Virus record (IMG/VR): IMGVR_UViG_3300042292_000020
Coordinates: 1 to 26,367 of that record
Length of the DNA: 26,367 nucleotides
Origin: a virus
Lineage: Duplodnaviria; Caudoviricetes
Reading direction: 5' to 3' (one strand)
This document shows positions 1 to 8,762 of this stretch, one piece after another (position 1 is the first letter of the stretch; each line of letters starts with the position of its first letter). The notes below the pieces were generated by a model. It did no database searches and had not been told where the DNA came from. It saw only the letters and a list, made by a program, of their open reading frames with translations. The position numbers and the translations under genes were made by a program.

Positions 1-562
1 CCACTGGGCTTTGTGTTCCTTGTGGTAAATCATTTGTTGTTTTACCATCTGCAGGTTCATTACCGGCAATTTCAAACTTAACTTTGTTTAATTCTTTAAG
101 AAAACTACCTTGACTGTATGCTTTACTGGCTTCTTCGCCGCAGGCACATTCGTCAGCTGAATATTCTTTATCTAATACTGCTTCACCTTTTTTAAATTCA
201 CGTACATCATTGCCTTCTAAATCCCAACGACGTTGTTCTTCTGGATGACTTGGTGATGTTACAACAATATTACTTTGAGAGATACCGGCACGTTGACTAA
301 CAATAGCAAGTAGCTGTGAATCGTTTACCGGATATGTAAGCACAACATCCATTAGATAAATTTGACAATTTACCATACTTGGAAAATCTATATCATTTGA
401 TTTAATTGGTAGACGTTTAGCTTTACTAAGACTTTGTAAGCCATAAGCATCAAGTGCCGTTTCTAATGCTGCTAATTTGTCCGCTGGATCAATGTTGGCA
501 ATTTTAATACGGAACTCATAGGTCTTTTGACTATCAGTTAAATGTTGCAGAAAATTCTTCAT
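1..562 (-). CDS. Hypothetical phage protein, 3'-truncated by the window edge (MKNFLQHLTDSQKTYEFRIKIANID...), probably late/virion-associated
   Basis: Not in the ORF track. Manual translation from ATG at 562 stays open to position 1. AAGGA Shine-Dalgarno (SD) and ATAAATA late box (590-584) lie upstream. Confidence 0.8.
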   Translation of the reverse strand, partial: MKNFLQHLTDSQKTYEFRIKIANIDPADKLAALETALDAYGLQSLSKAKRLPIKSNDIDFPSMVNCQIYLMDVVLTYPVNDSQLLAIVSQRAGISQSNIVVTSPSHPEEQRRWDLEGNDVREFKKGEAVLDKEYSADECACGEEASKAYSQGSFLKELNKVKFEIAGNEPADGKTTNDLPQGTQSPV

Positions 563-583
563 AGTTTTATATATCCTTACAGT

Positions 584-590
584 TATTTAT
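584..590 (-). promoter_or_regulatory. T4-late-like promoter box (ATAAATA)
   Basis: In the short intergenic gap ahead of the SD and ATG at 562. Confidence 0.55.
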
Positions 591-604
591 TCAAAATTGC
601 TGTT

Positions 605-1108
605 TTAATCTGGCTTGCTTTTACCTAGTATCTGTGCTAACAGTGCATTTCTATCAAGAACTACGCCACCGCTACCATCTACTGCATCGAGCAATTTGTC
701 ACCGTCTGTCTTGCTGGCATCTTTGGCCGCTTGTTGATCTAACCGCATCTTTTTAAGTTGTAGGTCAATTGTACGTATCTTACGGTCAATTTTAGCCTGT
801 TTAGCTGTAATGGCATGTCCTAGCAGTGTGCCCGCTGTTTGCAGTATTGTTCCGCTAAAACGTGCTTCTACGTTCATACCAAGCGACATCAAATCTTTAA
901 AATTCTCAGTTGCCATAGCACTTAGTTCATCGAGCTCGTTATCGGTTGTATCTAAGTCATTAACAAAAGGAAGTGCAGCATCGATTTTATCAATTGCAAG
1001 ATCTACTTCTATTAGACGGGCTGTATTCTCCTCGATTTGATCGACAATTTCTTGATTAGTTGTTGGAATATCGGGTAGATTAAAAAGTTCAGATAATTTA
1101 GATGTCAT
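605..1108 (-). CDS. Helical protein, candidate terminase small subunit (gp16-like)
   Basis: 167 aa, two long amphipathic helices, a coiled coil (AKIDRKIRTIDLQLKK) and a C-terminal VVLDRNALLAQIL segment reminiscent of gp16 architecture. Late box upstream. The function is inferred. Confidence 0.4.
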   Translation of the reverse strand: MTSKLSELFNLPDIPTTNQEIVDQIEENTARLIEVDLAIDKIDAALPFVNDLDTTDNELDELSAMATENFKDLMSLGMNVEARFSGTILQTAGTLLGHAITAKQAKIDRKIRTIDLQLKKMRLDQQAAKDASKTDGDKLLDAVDGSGGVVLDRNALLAQILGKSKPD

Positions 1109-1701
1109 AGTGTAGTATTTAGTTTACATTGTGCCCCATGATATCTTAAATAATTTGATTTGCCTCCGATTATTTTATTACAATGTTCGCAAATAAACTT
1201 TGGCTTAGGAATCCCTAATTGCTTTAGACTACTACTTAACATAGCATCAGCTGATTGTTTACGCCCGTACATTGGATTATTTTTGCCTTGTTTTATTTTT
1301 GATTGTTTTAATTTAGTTTCTACGCTATGTGTTTTTCCTAACCAATGTAGTGAGGTTTTAGGAATGCCTGTATATGCAACGGATAATTGTGTTTTTATTA
1401 ATTCATAAATTCTCGCAGTTGGCTTATATCTATCTCTATTATCGGCAAATGTCATTTGCCAAGAAGCATACGCCATGCCTCGTTTTGCTAGACCAGATGT
1501 CATCTTAGGCAATAATAAATGACAGATAAAATGTTCACGAGCCGTAAGTCTTACTAAATTATCAGATAAATTGCTTCCACCTAGAGATTTAGGAATGATA
1601 TGATGTTTTTCTGTGTATACCGTTGATGATAAAATTCTTGACTTAGCAGTAGCAATAATGCTAAAATAACAGTTAGTATATTTGTTTATAATAAATGGCA
1701 T
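1105..1701 (-). CDS. Free-standing HNH homing endonuclease (T4 MobE-like) with a NUMOD3-like segment and C-terminal Cys/His finger
   Basis: EKHHIIPKSLGGSNLSDNLVRLTAREHFICHLLL HNH motif; KNNPMYGRKQS; CEHC...HGAQC. Confidence 0.88.
   Translation of the reverse strand: MPFIINKYTNCYFSIIATAKSRILSSTVYTEKHHIIPKSLGGSNLSDNLVRLTAREHFICHLLLPKMTSGLAKRGMAYASWQMTFADNRDRYKPTARIYELIKTQLSVAYTGIPKTSLHWLGKTHSVETKLKQSKIKQGKNNPMYGRKQSADAMLSSSLKQLGIPKPKFICEHCNKIIGGKSNYLRYHGAQCKLNTTL
1116..1122 (-). promoter_or_regulatory. T4-late-like promoter box (CTAAATA) inside the 3' end of the HNH gene
   Basis: 7 nt upstream of ATG 1108; no SD in between. Confidence 0.55.
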
Positions 1702-1707
1702 ATAATT

Positions 1708-1736
1708 AGTATAGTATATTTCAAGTAATAAGTCAA
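1708..1736 (-). promoter_or_regulatory. sigma70-type early promoter, likely leaderless
   Basis: TTGACT-17 nt-TATACT, then 6 nt, then ATG 1701. Confidence 0.75.
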
Positions 1737-1741
1737 TTTAG

Positions 1742-2173
1742 TTATCTCTTTACGTTGCGGTACAAATCAAACTCTGTAATTACTCTAAAGCGCATGCCAT
1801 GTGCCTTCGCCCACTGATCTGCCATGGCCCACTTAGCCATATTCACTGCTACAGACAATTTGTCTTGATAGCTTTTGGCCGCCTCCATTGTTGTTTGTGT
1901 GCTTGGCTTGATTTCGATAAGTTCGGTATGACGTTGTTGGTTTACATCTAAGTAGACCACAAGAAAATCCGGAATGTATACTGTGTTCTTGCCAGTTACT
2001 GGGTTGCGGTACGGAATAGTAATTGCTTCACTTGCCCAGTTAATTACAGATGGGTTGTTGTCCGCAAATGCACAAAAAGTATATTCCCAACTTGATCTAT
2101 ATGTTGGCAGACGTTTACCGATATATTTCTCAGTGTTGATTATTTGATATTTGCCGTTTGCGTATTTTGCCAT
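1742..2173 (-). CDS. gp4: Head completion nuclease (T4 gp4-like, TnsA-N PD-(D/E)xK fold)
   Basis: YRSSWE...WASEAITIPY...YIPDF...ELIEIKP...KWAMA...FRVITE motifs. Confidence 0.85.
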   Translation of the reverse strand: MAKYANGKYQIINTEKYIGKRLPTYRSSWEYTFCAFADNNPSVINWASEAITIPYRNPVTGKNTVYIPDFLVVYLDVNQQRHTELIEIKPSTQTTMEAAKSYQDKLSVAVNMAKWAMADQWAKAHGMRFRVITEFDLYRNVKR

Positions 2174-2538
2174 TATGCAAGGATAGATCGTGCTATGTAT
2201 TTGTTTGGTTGTGGACTGTTACTAAGTCCTAATAGACTAGTGCCGACTCTATTTAAATTAAGAAACATTGTTAGGTATGCATTAAGTTCATTTTTATTTA
2301 ATTTACGAAATTCATCAAGTATCGTTATCGGGTCAATACCCTGAGTTTGGGCTGTGTATATTACTGCGGCCGACAATGCTGTACCGCTTTCTTTATTACC
2401 TGTCACAGTTTGAAAGTATCCGACAATAGTATCATCAACATTTTGACTAATTGTATAATCAGGTTTAAAAAAATTATTAAAATAGGCGGTTGTACTATTT
2501 GTATTAATGTTTGATGGTAAATTTCCGGTTGTTGTCAT
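2173..2538 (-). CDS. Hypothetical protein
   Basis: 121-aa ORF with AAGGA SD; TAATG stop/start overlap with the gp4-like gene. Confidence 0.75.
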   Translation of the reverse strand: MTTTGNLPSNINTNSTTAYFNNFFKPDYTISQNVDDTIVGYFQTVTGNKESGTALSAAVIYTAQTQGIDPITILDEFRKLNKNELNAYLTMFLNLNRVGTSLLGLSNSPQPNKYIARSILA

Positions 2539-2548
2539 GTTATTTCCT

Positions 2549-3595
2549 TTAATTCATGTTTCCCGAGGATCTTCTGACTCCAACTAATCCCGGTATAGAA
2601 GTAGTTGCTTTAGATAATCCTGTAGATATACTTGATATAGTTGGTACAAATACTGTACTCTGTGTATTTTGTCCACGCAATATATTCATTGCATCTTGTT
2701 TTAGTTCAGCAGTGGCTGCTGATTTAATATCTGTGTTCTTAACATTTCTACCCGTGCGCAATGCACCCAACGCAGCGGCGCCAAAGTTGCCAGAGGCTAA
2801 GTTAGTTATTACATCACCTGCACCTTGGACTATGCCGCCTTGTCCAAGTAAGCTGTTTGTACCGCCACCTAAACTTGTTAATGGGCTGGCTGTTTTATCA
2901 TAATGAAGTTGCGCAAACCCTTGTACTTTGCCACTGGCAACAGGGCCGGCTTCATAATGTATTGCTTCGTATGCCACTGTCATACTATGTTCGATGGGAC
3001 TGTAATCACCAGCTGTATGTTGACCATGGGCAAAACTTTGTATTGTTGGATTTATTAAAATATAGCTACTAAACGATTTTTGATGTAGACTATAAATTCG
3101 AATAGCGGTAATATAATTAGGTGCGTCGGTCCCGTTAGCCAATGGGCTAAATCCCCAATTTTGTGAAGTGCGTTTTTTATATTTAGATTCTTGTTTATAT
3201 ATCTGTTCTTGCTGTTCCCAATCTCTATAATAGTATTGATAATAGCCCTGCCAAAAATCACGTACTACGTTAGAACTATCATCGTGGAACGTAAGACTAA
3301 CTGGATCATAGTTAATTCTTTCTTGGTGGATCATTTTTCTATTGTATGCGTTTAATATTTTATTTTGCACTGTAAATTTGGGCAAGGTAACTGTTTTTGC
3401 CATCATGCCAATTTCAGTATTATCACCAGGTTTTATATTTGGGTTAATATCAATAAACACATGGAACATCGTTCCAATTTTAGGACTAAGTCTATATAAG
3501 CCGTCAACAAAAGTCTTAGAGGCATGTTGCCAGTCTTTGATATTATCGCCTGTGCCTAATTGTGTTAATAATTGGTTAAAGAATCCAGATGCCAT
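2549..3595 (-). CDS. Tail-tube-fold protein (gp54/gp48-like tube initiator or baseplate-tube junction)
   Basis: AKTVTLPKF...YNRK...YDPVSLTFHDD resembles the tube-family core; lies directly downstream of the tube gene. Confidence 0.6.
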   Translation of the reverse strand: MASGFFNQLLTQLGTGDNIKDWQHASKTFVDGLYRLSPKIGTMFHVFIDINPNIKPGDNTEIGMMAKTVTLPKFTVQNKILNAYNRKMIHQERINYDPVSLTFHDDSSNVVRDFWQGYYQYYYRDWEQQEQIYKQESKYKKRTSQNWGFSPLANGTDAPNYITAIRIYSLHQKSFSSYILINPTIQSFAHGQHTAGDYSPIEHSMTVAYEAIHYEAGPVASGKVQGFAQLHYDKTASPLTSLGGGTNSLLGQGGIVQGAGDVITNLASGNFGAAALGALRTGRNVKNTDIKSAATAELKQDAMNILRGQNTQSTVFVPTISSISTGLSKATTSIPGLVGVRRSSGNMN

Positions 3596-3614
3596 TTTTG
3601 CTATCCATTTATAT

Positions 3615-3621
3615 TATTTAT
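3615..3621 (-). promoter_or_regulatory. T4-late-like promoter box (ATAAATA)
   Basis: Immediately after the terminator, about 20 nt before ATG 3595. Confidence 0.6.
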
Positions 3622-3625
3622 CGCC

Positions 3626-3655
3626 AAAAAAAAGCCCGGTAATAACCGAGCTTTT
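3626..3655 (-). terminator. Intrinsic terminator after the tail tube gene
   Basis: GCTCGGT-TATT-ACCGGGC stem (one G-U pair) followed by T8 on the minus strand. Confidence 0.85.
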
Positions 3656-3676
3656 AAGTTGTTTCATTTACGGGTA

Positions 3677-4294
3677 TTAACCAGTAATTGTGCTACCTAA
3701 TGTTCTTGCTACAACACTACCAACACCTGTACCAACTGGAGTTTGGATAGCATTATCGTAACGGATTGTTAAGCCAATTGTCATTGGATCATTTGTGCCG
3801 TAGTTAGAATCACCATAGTCTGCACTCGACAAGTAGCAACCATACAATTCCCATGATTCAAGAATTGTTGGCTCACTTGCGCCGTTGCCGCCGTCTAAGG
3901 CTTCCCAACGTGTGACAAATTTATAGTCAATACCACTAGCAGCACTAGCTTGTTCCATAAAGTCAAATTGTTTTTGTAGTTGTTCACCAACACGTTTGCT
4001 AACTTCACCAGACGCATCATCACGTAGGTTGCAGGTTACTGCGGTCCACGTTGGTTTGCCTGCTAGATAGACTTTACTGTTGTACACTGGAATTAAAATT
4101 TCTTCAAATTCTAATGTAGGACGTTTAAAATCTATAACTTGTTTAGTTAACTCAGTACTTGGTTGACTAACACCAAAGTTTTCAAATGTTACGCGAAAGC
4201 GGAACTTTAATTTAGGCATTAACAAACCCTGTGCGCTGGCGCTTTGGTTTGTACTTAGCGGTACGGTAAACTTGCTTAATGATGATGTTGCCAT
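3677..4294 (-). CDS. gp19: Tail tube protein
   Basis: FRFRVTF...RPTLEFEEI...YLAGKPTWTAVTCNLRDD...WELYGCY...LTIRYD; follows the sheath gene. Confidence 0.85.
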   Translation of the reverse strand: MATSSLSKFTVPLSTNQSASAQGLLMPKLKFRFRVTFENFGVSQPSTELTKQVIDFKRPTLEFEEILIPVYNSKVYLAGKPTWTAVTCNLRDDASGEVSKRVGEQLQKQFDFMEQASAASGIDYKFVTRWEALDGGNGASEPTILESWELYGCYLSSADYGDSNYGTNDPMTIGLTIRYDNAIQTPVGTGVGSVVARTLGSTITG

Positions 4295-4312
4295 CTTAGT
4301 ATTCCTTTTATA

Positions 4313-4319
4313 TATTTAG
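4313..4319 (-). promoter_or_regulatory. T4-late-like promoter box (CTAAATA)
   Basis: Ahead of the AAAGGA SD and ATG 4294. Confidence 0.65.
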
Positions 4320-4338
4320 CTATTTTTTAGTCTATAAC

Positions 4339-4358
4339 TGGGAGAGTTACCTCTCCCA
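4339..4358 (-). other. Stem-loop between sheath and tube genes (mRNA stability element or weak terminator)
   Basis: TGGGAGAG-GTAA-CTCTCCCA, a perfect 8-bp stem with GNRA loop; no U-tract. Confidence 0.65.
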
Positions 4359-4374
4359 TTATATACATACTTAA

Positions 4375-7300
4375 TTAAACACCTGCTGCAATGCCACCTG
4401 TATTTTTCAAGCGTACTGGAATGTAGATGAATTCAATTGCTTTAACTGGCTCAATTGCAATATCAACATACAATTCATTACGGTCAATACGATCCGGTGT
4501 GTTGTTAGTTGTATCACATACTACCAAGTAGTCATAGATACCACGTTTAGCAACTACATCATTAAGTACTGATTCAAATGCTTGTTTAACTTGGTTGCGT
4601 GTAATTGTATCGTTTGGTTCAAATATGAACGGACGAGCAACTTCATCTAATACTTTACGTAAGTAACATACTAAACGAGCAACGTTAATACGATCCATTG
4701 CACTAGTTGATGCTGCACGAGTTTTTTGACCATAGTTTACTAGACCAACACCCGGTAATACTGTTAATGGGTTAACTCTTTGTGTGTACAATACATCACG
4801 TAGACCAGCAGTAACACCGATGCTACGGAATGCATTACCATCAGTTACATCAACATAACCAATTGAGCTAACATTGTCAATTAAGCCACGACGTACACCA
4901 GCCGGTGCAAACCATGGATAGCTAACATTATCGCTACGAAGAATTGTACGCAACATCATATGGCTTGGTGGAACAACTACACTTTCGCCGCCTAAGTCTG
5001 TACCTAATCCGCTTGGGTAGAATACACCCAAATATTCACTTGAACTTACTAGACCGTTCATACCATTGTCTGATGCAAGATTTTGATTGCTTGCCCATGC
5101 TTCAATTTGTGTTGAAGCTGAATTTAATGTAAGTGGACTATCACCAATAATAAATGCAGTTTGTTTACGATCGTTATTTAAAGTAATCATGTTAGTGATT
5201 AGCTCTGGATAACCAGGAGCACAAATTAAGTTAAACTGTACTTGTTCTTCACGTAATGCAACGCTTGATTCAATTGCTGATTTCATAGCTTCAACAATAA
5301 CATTGCGAACTGCTTTATGTCCGAAGTAAGGAACTAAGTTTTGATCAACTCCGCTATTGCTTACCCATGCACCAATTTCTGTCGGAGGGTTAGTCTCATC
5401 AGCAAAATATGTACTTTCAAAACGTTTAACACCGTAACCGCTACGACGTGTATTAAACAAAATTGTACCACGTGAGTACAGTTGAAACTCTGGTGCATCT
5501 GGATCTAAATAATTACTTGATGCTAAATCAACAATACTTGGAATAGCGTCAACAATTGGATCTGTACTATCATTAGTACTCCAACGTGCATCAGCAAACA
5601 ATACACCATCGGCACTAACTTGATCGGTATTATCTAACAATTCCCACACCGCGCCAGTGTAACGATAAATTACTGGGTAATTTTCTAAATCACCCGTATC
5701 AATCCACAAGTCGCCTGGCACCAATTGAGCTCCGGCTACCTGGGTAGTTGGTTGTGATGCTGCTAATATCGGACCTGATGGATCGGTTGCGCTTAAATCA
5801 TATCCACGTGCATCATTAACTACGTTTTTGTAACCTTTCCATCCATTACCGCCATCGTGAATCATAATATCAACTTCAACCGCTGAATTATAATACCATA
5901 ATGTGCCATCAGCTGGGTTGCTAAAAGGCGCAGTAGTTGAATATGTATATGTTAATGGAGTAAACGGGCTGGCTAAGTAAACTGTGCCCGCTGTTATTAC
6001 CTGCATATTACTATCGTTAATTAAACCTGCATCAGCTAACGGAGTACCTGATGTTTGTGTAAATTTAATAGTACCACCAGCAAGATGACTAATACTAATT
6101 GCACCAGCCGATGTAACTGATGCAACAATGTTTGGTAAGTTTGCAGCTAATATATCACCAACTAAACTTGCAGCTGTTGTACTGCTTAAATTAATAGTTG
6201 CAGATTGTGTAACAGTTGTTCCCGGTACACTAACTTCCATAATAAATGCATCATTCGCATCAAATACAATTGGACTTGTTGGTGTTGTACCTGTTATGTT
6301 TACTAAACCAGATACGTTTTTAACGTATAGTTTTGCAGTTACTAATTCAGCTGTAGTAGGAGTATTATCATATTGTACATATACTGTACCTACACCGAGT
6401 TGGCTACCGCCGCCTACTAAATCCAATCCCTGTATTGCCGCGGTATCGCTAGAATATAATGGTGCTGCTTGTACTACCCATGAATCTAATAGTGCGCTGT
6501 ATTGTTTAATACCCCAGTTTGCTCCGTTACCTGTAGCTGATGTTTTAAGCCACACAGAACCAACTGGACGAGGAGTTTGATCACTTGTTCTCCAAGCTGG
6601 TGTATTTCGATATGTGTCAAATGCTACTGTTGGACCATTAAATGCAACTAAGTTAGCACTAGTAGATGAAAGTAATCCAAGTTTCACCGCGCAGTCTACT
6701 CCACCAATGGTTGATGTGCCACCTTTTTCAACTCGTAGTGTACCTGATGGTATTGATAGATTGCCGGTTTCTGCAGCCAAACTATTAATACGCAATTCAA
6801 GTTGGCCAGCAACGTTAACTGTTGCTGTAACATTTTTTCCGCTTAATGCAGTATTAATATCTGTCGCTGCAGACGATACTGTAGTGCCACTTAATGTAAC
6901 ATTAACATTGTTAATGCGCATTTTGTCACCAACTGTTAATGTAGCTCCGGTTGGAGTACCTACTAATGTCGGTACTGCAAGTTGCCATTCATCTGAGCCA
7001 ACTAATGCCCAGGTGTTATCCCAACGTTTAAAGTAAATTGGGTTTGATGAGCTTACTGTGTTAACAGCATACGAACCGATTGCACCAACTGATGCTAAAG
7101 GTACTCCGCTAGTTAATTGTGCAGTGTCAGTGATTACTGTTGGTGTTTGTAATACAAATCCAAGTTCAGTCCATTCTGTAATACCCCAATTGGTACCACC
7201 TGTACTCACATCTAACCAATATGTACCGTCTGCTGCAGAACCCGTTGGGCGAATACTTGTACCAGCCAACTCAGATAAGTTAACATCAGCACGTTGAACG

Positions 7301-7623
7301 TATACTTGATTAGACACACCTAATGCACTGTATGCTGCAAGTAAACCATATTCATTTAATTCATGTGCATGAATAGGATTATCGCTAGAATCAACTTGAA
7401 AATTAACGCTACCAAAGCCAGTAACTAATTCACGTTGACTAGTAATTTTAATTAGTTTACCAGCATTTGCTTTAGTTGTATAAGTAGCAGTTGTGCCGGC
7501 TGGATTTAGTTTGTCTTGGTCTGTAGCCAATAATACATAAGCAACTGTACCAGTTGCGGTTGGTTGGTATTGGCTTTCGTCTATAACGGTAACCGATACA
7601 CCTGGGGAAATTAATGATGCCAT
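4375..7623 (-). CDS. gp18: Contractile tail sheath protein, 1082 aa, with large internal insertions
   Basis: N-terminal LISPGVSVTVIDES; C-terminal PWFAPAGVRRG, GQKT, RINVARL, FIFEPND, IEPVKAIEFIYI. Start moved to ATG 7623 (AAGGA SD, late box upstream). Confidence 0.95.
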   Translation of the reverse strand: MASLISPGVSVTVIDESQYQPTATGTVAYVLLATDQDKLNPAGTTATYTTKANAGKLIKITSQRELVTGFGSVNFQVDSSDNPIHAHELNEYGLLAAYSALGVSNQVYVQRADVNLSELAGTSIRPTGSAADGTYWLDVSTGGTNWGITEWTELGFVLQTPTVITDTAQLTSGVPLASVGAIGSYAVNTVSSSNPIYFKRWDNTWALVGSDEWQLAVPTLVGTPTGATLTVGDKMRINNVNVTLSGTTVSSAATDINTALSGKNVTATVNVAGQLELRINSLAAETGNLSIPSGTLRVEKGGTSTIGGVDCAVKLGLLSSTSANLVAFNGPTVAFDTYRNTPAWRTSDQTPRPVGSVWLKTSATGNGANWGIKQYSALLDSWVVQAAPLYSSDTAAIQGLDLVGGGSQLGVGTVYVQYDNTPTTAELVTAKLYVKNVSGLVNITGTTPTSPIVFDANDAFIMEVSVPGTTVTQSATINLSSTTAASLVGDILAANLPNIVASVTSAGAISISHLAGGTIKFTQTSGTPLADAGLINDSNMQVITAGTVYLASPFTPLTYTYSTTAPFSNPADGTLWYYNSAVEVDIMIHDGGNGWKGYKNVVNDARGYDLSATDPSGPILAASQPTTQVAGAQLVPGDLWIDTGDLENYPVIYRYTGAVWELLDNTDQVSADGVLFADARWSTNDSTDPIVDAIPSIVDLASSNYLDPDAPEFQLYSRGTILFNTRRSGYGVKRFESTYFADETNPPTEIGAWVSNSGVDQNLVPYFGHKAVRNVIVEAMKSAIESSVALREEQVQFNLICAPGYPELITNMITLNNDRKQTAFIIGDSPLTLNSASTQIEAWASNQNLASDNGMNGLVSSSEYLGVFYPSGLGTDLGGESVVVPPSHMMLRTILRSDNVSYPWFAPAGVRRGLIDNVSSIGYVDVTDGNAFRSIGVTAGLRDVLYTQRVNPLTVLPGVGLVNYGQKTRAASTSAMDRINVARLVCYLRKVLDEVARPFIFEPNDTITRNQVKQAFESVLNDVVAKRGIYDYLVVCDTTNNTPDRIDRNELYVDIAIEPVKAIEFIYIPVRLKNTGGIAAGV

Positions 7624-7655
7624 TTTTAGTATCCTTATATTATAATACTTTAAAA

Positions 7656-7662
7656 TATTTAT
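7656..7662 (-). promoter_or_regulatory. T4-late-like promoter box (ATAAATA) for the sheath gene
   Basis: In the divergent gap upstream of ATG 7623. Confidence 0.6.
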
Positions 7663-7711
7663 CAGTATTATCAAAATATAGTCTATTAAGGTGCCTTTGG
7701 CAAAGGTTTGC

Positions 7712-7719
7712 TATAAATA
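7712..7719 (+). promoter_or_regulatory. T4 late consensus promoter TATAAATA, likely leaderless
   Basis: Exact T4 gp55 consensus, 4 nt before ATG 7724; no SD. Confidence 0.7.
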
Positions 7720-7723
7720 CTGT

Positions 7724-8074
7724 ATGGAATTTCGTCCTTTATGTCAGAGTTGTACTAGAAACCCCGCAGCAATTAACTATAAGCGTGGTGGTGTAACTCA
7801 TTTTCGAACAAGGTGTAGCGGCTGTATTAGAAAGAATAGAAAATTAGCACCACAAAAACCGACTTGGATGCTTGCTGGGTATAAGAAAAAGCCGCATTGT
7901 GAAAAATGCGGCTTTAAGGCAAAGTATAAAGAACAACTCAGCGTGTATTATGTCGATGGCAATTTAAAAAATAATGCACCAATTAATTTAAGAACTATTT
8001 GCGCAAACTGTCAAATCACTATTGTTAAAGAAGGATTAGGCTGGACTCAGGGCGATCTCGTTCCTGATTTCTGA
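7724..8074 (+). CDS. Zn-finger protein with a degenerate HNH domain (116 aa)
   Basis: Four CxxC pairs (CQSC, CSGC, CEKC, CANC); QLSVYYVDGNLKNN...NLRTICANC is HNH-like but lacks the His residues. Start set at the ATG after the late box. Confidence 0.75.
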   Translation: MEFRPLCQSCTRNPAAINYKRGGVTHFRTRCSGCIRKNRKLAPQKPTWMLAGYKKKPHCEKCGFKAKYKEQLSVYYVDGNLKNNAPINLRTICANCQITIVKEGLGWTQGDLVPDF

Positions 8075-8701
8075 TATAATTAACGACTCAGTATTAGCAT
8101 ACAGTTCTTCAATACTACCATCGTTAGTCACAGTAACATCAAACTTAGTACCAATCCACGCATACTCGCTTGGGTGAATGCCTAGATTATCTAGTTCGCT
8201 TTTACCTAGTGCCCATCCAATCTTCTTCATACCAGCATTTACAGTTTTAGCGGCATTATACCACTCAGGTTCGTTGCCGCGTTTAACACGTACTGTCTTA
8301 CCGCCTAAGTTCTTAACCATTTTAAGTTCGTTTGGAAAGCGGCAATCTGAAATTACAATGTCTTCATTTGTTTTACGGAGTTTGTTTTCAAGACTTGCTA
8401 TCCATATATCAGTGTGGAACCCTTGACGACATACTTCAGTGCCCCAGTTTTGTAATACCCAACGTGGAGTTAGATTCGGCATCTTTAAGCGTTTGGCCCA
8501 CCACGGATCTACTCGTTCGCGCCAAGCTCTGCCTTCTGCACTGCGTCCTTCTAATAGTTCACGGTCCCAACCAAATACTGTTGCAACTGCATCTTTGAGT
8601 GTGCCAGCAAAGCTCTCACGTTTAAAGCCGTGCTCTGCTACTAGGTAATCTGCGATTGTGTCTTTGCCTGAACCGATGAAGCCTGTCACTGATATAATCA
8701 T
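8036..8701 (-). CDS. gp1: Deoxynucleoside monophosphate kinase
   Basis: P-loop GFIGSGKDT, FAGTLKD, TPRWVLQNWGTEVCR, VISDCRFPNE, HPSE. Confidence 0.92.
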   Translation of the reverse strand: MIISVTGFIGSGKDTIADYLVAEHGFKRESFAGTLKDAVATVFGWDRELLEGRSAEGRAWRERVDPWWAKRLKMPNLTPRWVLQNWGTEVCRQGFHTDIWIASLENKLRKTNEDIVISDCRFPNELKMVKNLGGKTVRVKRGNEPEWYNAAKTVNAGMKKIGWALGKSELDNLGIHPSEYAWIGTKFDVTVTNDGSIEELYANTESLIISEIRNEIALSPA

Positions 8702-8725
8702 ACTATTCCTTTCTGTATATAGTAT

Positions 8726-8754
8726 ATTATACTTTTTTTATTGCCAGGTGTCAA
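8726..8754 (-). promoter_or_regulatory. sigma70-type early promoter
   Basis: Perfect TTGACA-17 nt-TATAAT upstream of the AAAGGA SD and ATG 8701. Confidence 0.88.
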
Positions 8755-8762
8755 TTATTGAT

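Noticed and set aside
1742-2173. TnsA-like nuclease as evidence of a Tn7-type transposon
   Set aside because: Matches the T4 gp4 head-completion family in a virion operon; no tnsB/tnsC or transposon ends
2549-7623. Sheath/tube cluster as a bacterial contractile injection system or tailocin
   Set aside because: Neck and head-completion genes, dNMP kinase, a homing endonuclease and T4-type late boxes indicate a genuine phage
7624-7723. ORF-track starts at 7674 (sheath) and 7691 (Zn-finger protein)
   Set aside because: Both lie upstream of the respective late boxes; ATG 7623 (with SD) and ATG 7724 fit better
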